In this document: one piece after another, positions 23,176 to 25,953 of the stretch
Position numbering within the stretch: position 1 is the first letter of the stretch
How the letters are laid out: every line of letters begins with the position of its first letter
Origin: Polynucleobacter sp.
GTDB taxonomy: Bacteria; Pseudomonadota; Gammaproteobacteria; Burkholderiales; Burkholderiaceae
Length of the DNA: 25,953 bases
NCBI GenBank assembly: GCA_024642065.1
Contig: JAHEBW010000033.1
Span: forward strand, 1 to 25,953
Direction: 5' to 3'
Program-made: the position numbers and the translations under genes
Notes under the pieces: model-generated
Databases searched by the model: none
What the model saw: the letters and a program-made list of their open reading frames with translations, nothing else
Told to the model about the DNA's origin: nothing

Positions 23176-24116
23176 AATTAATAAAAAAATCTTCAATAGT
23201 GCTTTTGAGCACCTTAAGCCTGTTATCTCTTAATGTTTATGCAGAAGAACCCAAAAACCAATGGGGTATTTTGGCTCCAACTTTATTCACATCTTCTGAT
23301 AGTGATCATTTTCATGTGACTAAATTAGGCGCTGGAATATTGCCCTATTATGTAGATGGCCAGCATTACTTGGGTGTGCAAGCCACCAATACACATTACT
23401 CCAGCCTTGATTGGGCCAAGGATGGCAGTCAAGTCAGTCTTGTTCAGAGAGCTGTTAATTCCGAAACAGGTTTGGGAAGTATTGCTAGCGCAGGTGTTAG
23501 TAGTGTTTACGGCCGTGAGCTGTTAACAGCTGATATCAGTTACTCAGCGCCTATTAATTCTTCTTTATCCTATGAAGCCTTCTTCTTTAGGGATTGGGTA
23601 GAGACTAGAAATTCTTTAACTAATGGCATTAGTCACAATTATTACGGCGGAAGCTTAGAGCAAAAAATCACCAAGGATTGGACTGTCATTGGATTGTTAG
23701 CTCAACAAAAGTTTTCTGAGGACAATATCCGTAATCACGTTCGCGGCAAATTGATTTACGACGTATTGCCTGATCTTGGTGTTAATGTCCAATTAAGACA
23801 TCGTCAATATCGCGATAGTCATGATGTCACTACCAATTACTTTAATCCCAATGAATATCAAGAAAACATGATGGTTCTTGGTTGGAGAAGAAGGATTGAA
23901 CAGTGGCAATTATCTGGCTTAGCGGGATTGGGTCGTCAAAAAATCAATGATGATCCTTACACCACAACCAAATTGCTCGAGATCGAAGCAATCAGCCCTA
24001 TGTTGAATAAAGTGTTCTTAAGAGCAAAAGCAGGTTATTCTGACAGTGCTGGTTATGGCGGCCCTGACTACAGCTATAAATACTTCCAGGCGGACATTAT
24101 TTTTTCTTTTAATTGA
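23172..24116 (+). CDS. Putative outer-membrane beta-barrel protein (candidate polysaccharide export porin)
   Basis: ATG 23172 overlaps the GT2 stop (ATGA). It has a signal peptide (MKLIKKSSIVLLSTLSLLSLNVYA/EE), alternating aromatic/polar beta-strand-like composition, and a C-terminal ...IIFSFN. Confidence 0.6.
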   Translation: MKLIKKSSIVLLSTLSLLSLNVYAEEPKNQWGILAPTLFTSSDSDHFHVTKLGAGILPYYVDGQHYLGVQATNTHYSSLDWAKDGSQVSLVQRAVNSETGLGSIASAGVSSVYGRELLTADISYSAPINSSLSYEAFFFRDWVETRNSLTNGISHNYYGGSLEQKITKDWTVIGLLAQQKFSEDNIRNHVRGKLIYDVLPDLGVNVQLRHRQYRDSHDVTTNYFNPNEYQENMMVLGWRRRIEQWQLSGLAGLGRQKINDDPYTTTKLLEIEAISPMLNKVFLRAKAGYSDSAGYGGPDYSYKYFQADIIFSFN

Positions 24117-24421
24117 TGACTAAAAAAACACTACTAACCACTATTTGCCTAGTGATCTATACATTTTTTGAAATATTGGTTGTAGTGATGGATGTCGGAC
24201 TTTTAGCATTAGCATTTTGTACCCCCGTGCTCATTGGGTTTTTATTAAAGCCTGCTTTAGGTGAGACTTTTTCAATGCTCTGCTTGGTAGCGGGTGTCGC
24301 CTTGTTTGGTATTGCTTTTGTGTATCGCAAAAGAGTTCAGGTTCATCTTCAAACCAAATACCGCACCAAAGCAGAGTTAATCATAGAGTCTGTTCGCACT
24401 AGCCGCTATTTCGCCGATTAA
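24116..24421 (+). CDS. Small integral membrane protein (about 101 aa, 2-3 TM helices, basic C-tail)
   Basis: The ATG overlaps the upstream stop (TGATG). It has strongly hydrophobic segments. Its position after the GT2 and barrel genes is analogous to PgaD. Confidence 0.55.
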   Translation: MTKKTLLTTICLVIYTFFEILVVVMDVGLLALAFCTPVLIGFLLKPALGETFSMLCLVAGVALFGIAFVYRKRVQVHLQTKYRTKAELIIESVRTSRYFAD

Positions 24422-24483
24422 AGTTGGCAAACCCAATATTTAGGTATAGGATTAAAGAGTTAACTACTGTTAAGGAGTAAGTC

Positions 24484-25089
24484 ATGTCCAGTCAAAAAGA
24501 ATTCATGCAATGGCAACAAGAGCGCGCTAAAGAACTTTTTTCTTTGTCACATCTACTACTCGAAACAGCAAAAGAATTTGGCGATCATCAAGCAACTGAA
24601 ATCAAAGCAAGTATGGAGCACGCAAAGTCATTCGCAAAACATGCTGCAACCAATGATTTGGCTAAGCTTAAAGAGCTTCAAGAGAGATTTGCAGATGAGG
24701 CATCAACTAGAGTGACCGCCTATCAAAAGAAAATCAAAGGTTTACTAAAAGATCTAGAAAACGAAACTGCTGAAGAAGTAGATAAGCATATTAATAAAGC
24801 TAAATCTGCTATGGAAAGTTGGCTCAAAGAGGCTAGCAAGAATTTTCCAGAGGGTTCAGATAAGTTCACTCATGTAATGCGAGATATTGCTAATGCTGGT
24901 GACAAAGTATTAAAAGAAGGTAGAAAAATGGCTAAGCAAGCTGCTGAAGCTGCCGAGCAAGGTTTTGCTAATCTTGAAAAAATGAAGCCTGCGGCTAAGC
25001 AAGCTGCGGCCAAAAAGCCTGCAGCCAAAAAAGCGCCAGCTAAGAAGGCAGCAGCCAAGAAAACTGTTGCTAGAAAAACAAAAAGATAA
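24484..25089 (+). CDS. Phasin-like helical protein with a histone-H1-like AKKPAAKKA C-terminal tail
   Basis: 201 aa with a GGAG RBS upstream. It has a helical Lys/Glu/Ala-rich body and the tail PAAKQAAAKKPAAKKAPAKKAAAKKTVARKTKR. Confidence 0.6.
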   Translation: MSSQKEFMQWQQERAKELFSLSHLLLETAKEFGDHQATEIKASMEHAKSFAKHAATNDLAKLKELQERFADEASTRVTAYQKKIKGLLKDLENETAEEVDKHINKAKSAMESWLKEASKNFPEGSDKFTHVMRDIANAGDKVLKEGRKMAKQAAEAAEQGFANLEKMKPAAKQAAAKKPAAKKAPAKKAAAKKTVARKTKR

Positions 25090-25095
25090 GTTGCT

Positions 25096-25401
25096 GTGAA
25101 AAAGCTTGTTCTACTAATGGCTATTGCCCTTGCTGCTTGTGCTCCCATGAAAGAGCCATCTCCAGTAGCAATGGGCGATACCCATTGGACTTTGCAATTT
25201 ACATGGTTGAAAAATAACAAGCCTACCCATACGCAGACATATCAATTTATATCTCGTATGGAATGCTTTAATCAAATGTATGAGATGCAAGAAGCTGCTA
25301 AAAAAGTAAAAAACCAGATAGGTTCTGGTTTGTGCTTTAAAGCTTTTGCTGAAGGTCAAGAGCGAACAAGCAATGACCTTCTTGCCCGGTATAGCAAATA
25401 A
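25096..25401 (+). CDS. Small lipoprotein (101 aa)
   Basis: GTG start. Signal peptide with lipobox: MKKLVLLMAIALAAC. Confidence 0.5.
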   Translation: MKKLVLLMAIALAACAPMKEPSPVAMGDTHWTLQFTWLKNNKPTHTQTYQFISRMECFNQMYEMQEAAKKVKNQIGSGLCFKAFAEGQERTSNDLLARYSK

Positions 25402-25452
25402 TACTCAGGCTAAGCGCCAGCCCATATCAATTAAAGCTCAATCAAAGCCCAA

Positions 25453-25953
25453 TCAAAGATCGTTCTTAGGTTTTACAAGATCTTTTCTAGAGTAGCCTAG
25501 CTTTTCTGCTTTTGAGAGTAATGTGGCTTCAAGTGCTGGGCTTAATGACTTGTCTCTGGCTAATATCCAGAAATACTTGCCTGATGGCTCACCAATCAAA
25601 ACCCAAGAATAGTCACTTGCTAAATCCAGAACCCAGTAGTCGCCATAAAAAGGTCTAAAGAAAGATACTTTTAGTTTGGCATTGTTGGAGCCTTCTACAA
25701 CTTTAGCGATGCCAATAGCTTCTTGTTTCTTATTGGCTTTATAGCAAGTATTCAGTACTTTGACGTGACCATCATCTCTTAGGCTGTATTCAGCGGTTAC
25801 TGTTTGGCAATCTCCATCCTCAAACCAGTTGGGTAATCGGTAAATCTCGTACCATTTACCTAAATAGCGATTGAGATCAACTGAGCTAACTGTTTTGACG
25901 GCATCGTTAGAGACTCTGTAAACCGGTTGATTGGCGCATGCAGCAAGAAGTGC
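25453..25953 (-). CDS. blc: Bacterial lipocalin (outer-membrane lipoprotein Blc), N-terminus outside window
   Basis: Not in the supplied ORF track. My own translation of the minus strand from 25953 gives ALLAACANQPVY...DLNRYLGKWYEIYRLPNWFE...DYWVLDL...YSWVLIGEPSGKYFWILAR...KPKNDL, with the stop at 25453-25455. It has a lipobox and the lipocalin GxWYEI signature. Confidence 0.8.
   Translation of the reverse strand, partial: ALLAACANQPVYRVSNDAVKTVSSVDLNRYLGKWYEIYRLPNWFEDGDCQTVTAEYSLRDDGHVKVLNTCYKANKKQEAIGIAKVVEGSNNAKLKVSFFRPFYGDYWVLDLASDYSWVLIGEPSGKYFWILARDKSLSPALEATLLSKAEKLGYSRKDLVKPKNDL

Noticed and set aside
24870-25220. 116-aa minus-strand ORF overlapping the end of 24484-25089 and the start of the lipoprotein gene
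   Set aside because: It is antisense to the AKKPAAKK tail codons, the same artefact as in rpoD.

Overview
Moderately AT-rich betaproteobacterial chromosome segment. Gene order and protein sequences suggest Burkholderiales, possibly Polynucleobacter-like, but that is recognition-based inference only.

(1) 1-9416: housekeeping genes. These are ispA' (partial), dxs and folE2, a convergent tsaD, then the macromolecular-synthesis operon rpsU-(terminator)-yqeY-dnaG-rpoD. RpoD carries an unusual ~235-aa Lys/Ala/Pro-rich N-terminal extension.

(2) 9456-15234: a 5,779-bp integrative island inserted in the anticodon loop of the tRNA(CAU) that follows rpoD.
- It is bounded by 103-bp direct repeats (100/103 identical).
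- Unusually, the repeat is the 5' half of the tRNA plus the last 57 nt of rpoD. The functional tRNA at 15196-15272 is therefore a chimera whose 5' half and upstream region are island-borne.
- The island encodes a 361-aa tyrosine integrase. Its conserved N-terminal strand lies upstream of the ATG, out of frame across an A10 tract.
- It also encodes a compact (~190 aa, FimB/FimE-sized) second tyrosine recombinase and five small ORFs of unknown function.
- It contains an ORF-poor ~0.83-kb segment.
- A family of six clear (plus one degenerate) ~31-39-bp repeats sits in alternating orientation and partitions the island into three inverted-repeat-bounded modules. I consider this repeat and small-recombinase architecture the best candidate for an undescribed recombination system (cassette or invertible-switch type).

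(3) 15378-25953: a bicupin, a SAF-domain oxidoreductase, a Tat-signal amidohydrolase and a phasin. Then a same-strand cluster: PAS-GAF-HD-GYP, TM-GGDEF, PgaC-like GT2 synthase, outer-membrane barrel and a small membrane protein, i.e. a minimal c-di-GMP/pga-like exopolysaccharide module. Then a phasin-like protein with a histone-H1-like tail, a lipoprotein, and a partial lipocalin (blc) gene on the minus strand that is absent from the ORF track.

No CRISPR array or rRNA was seen.
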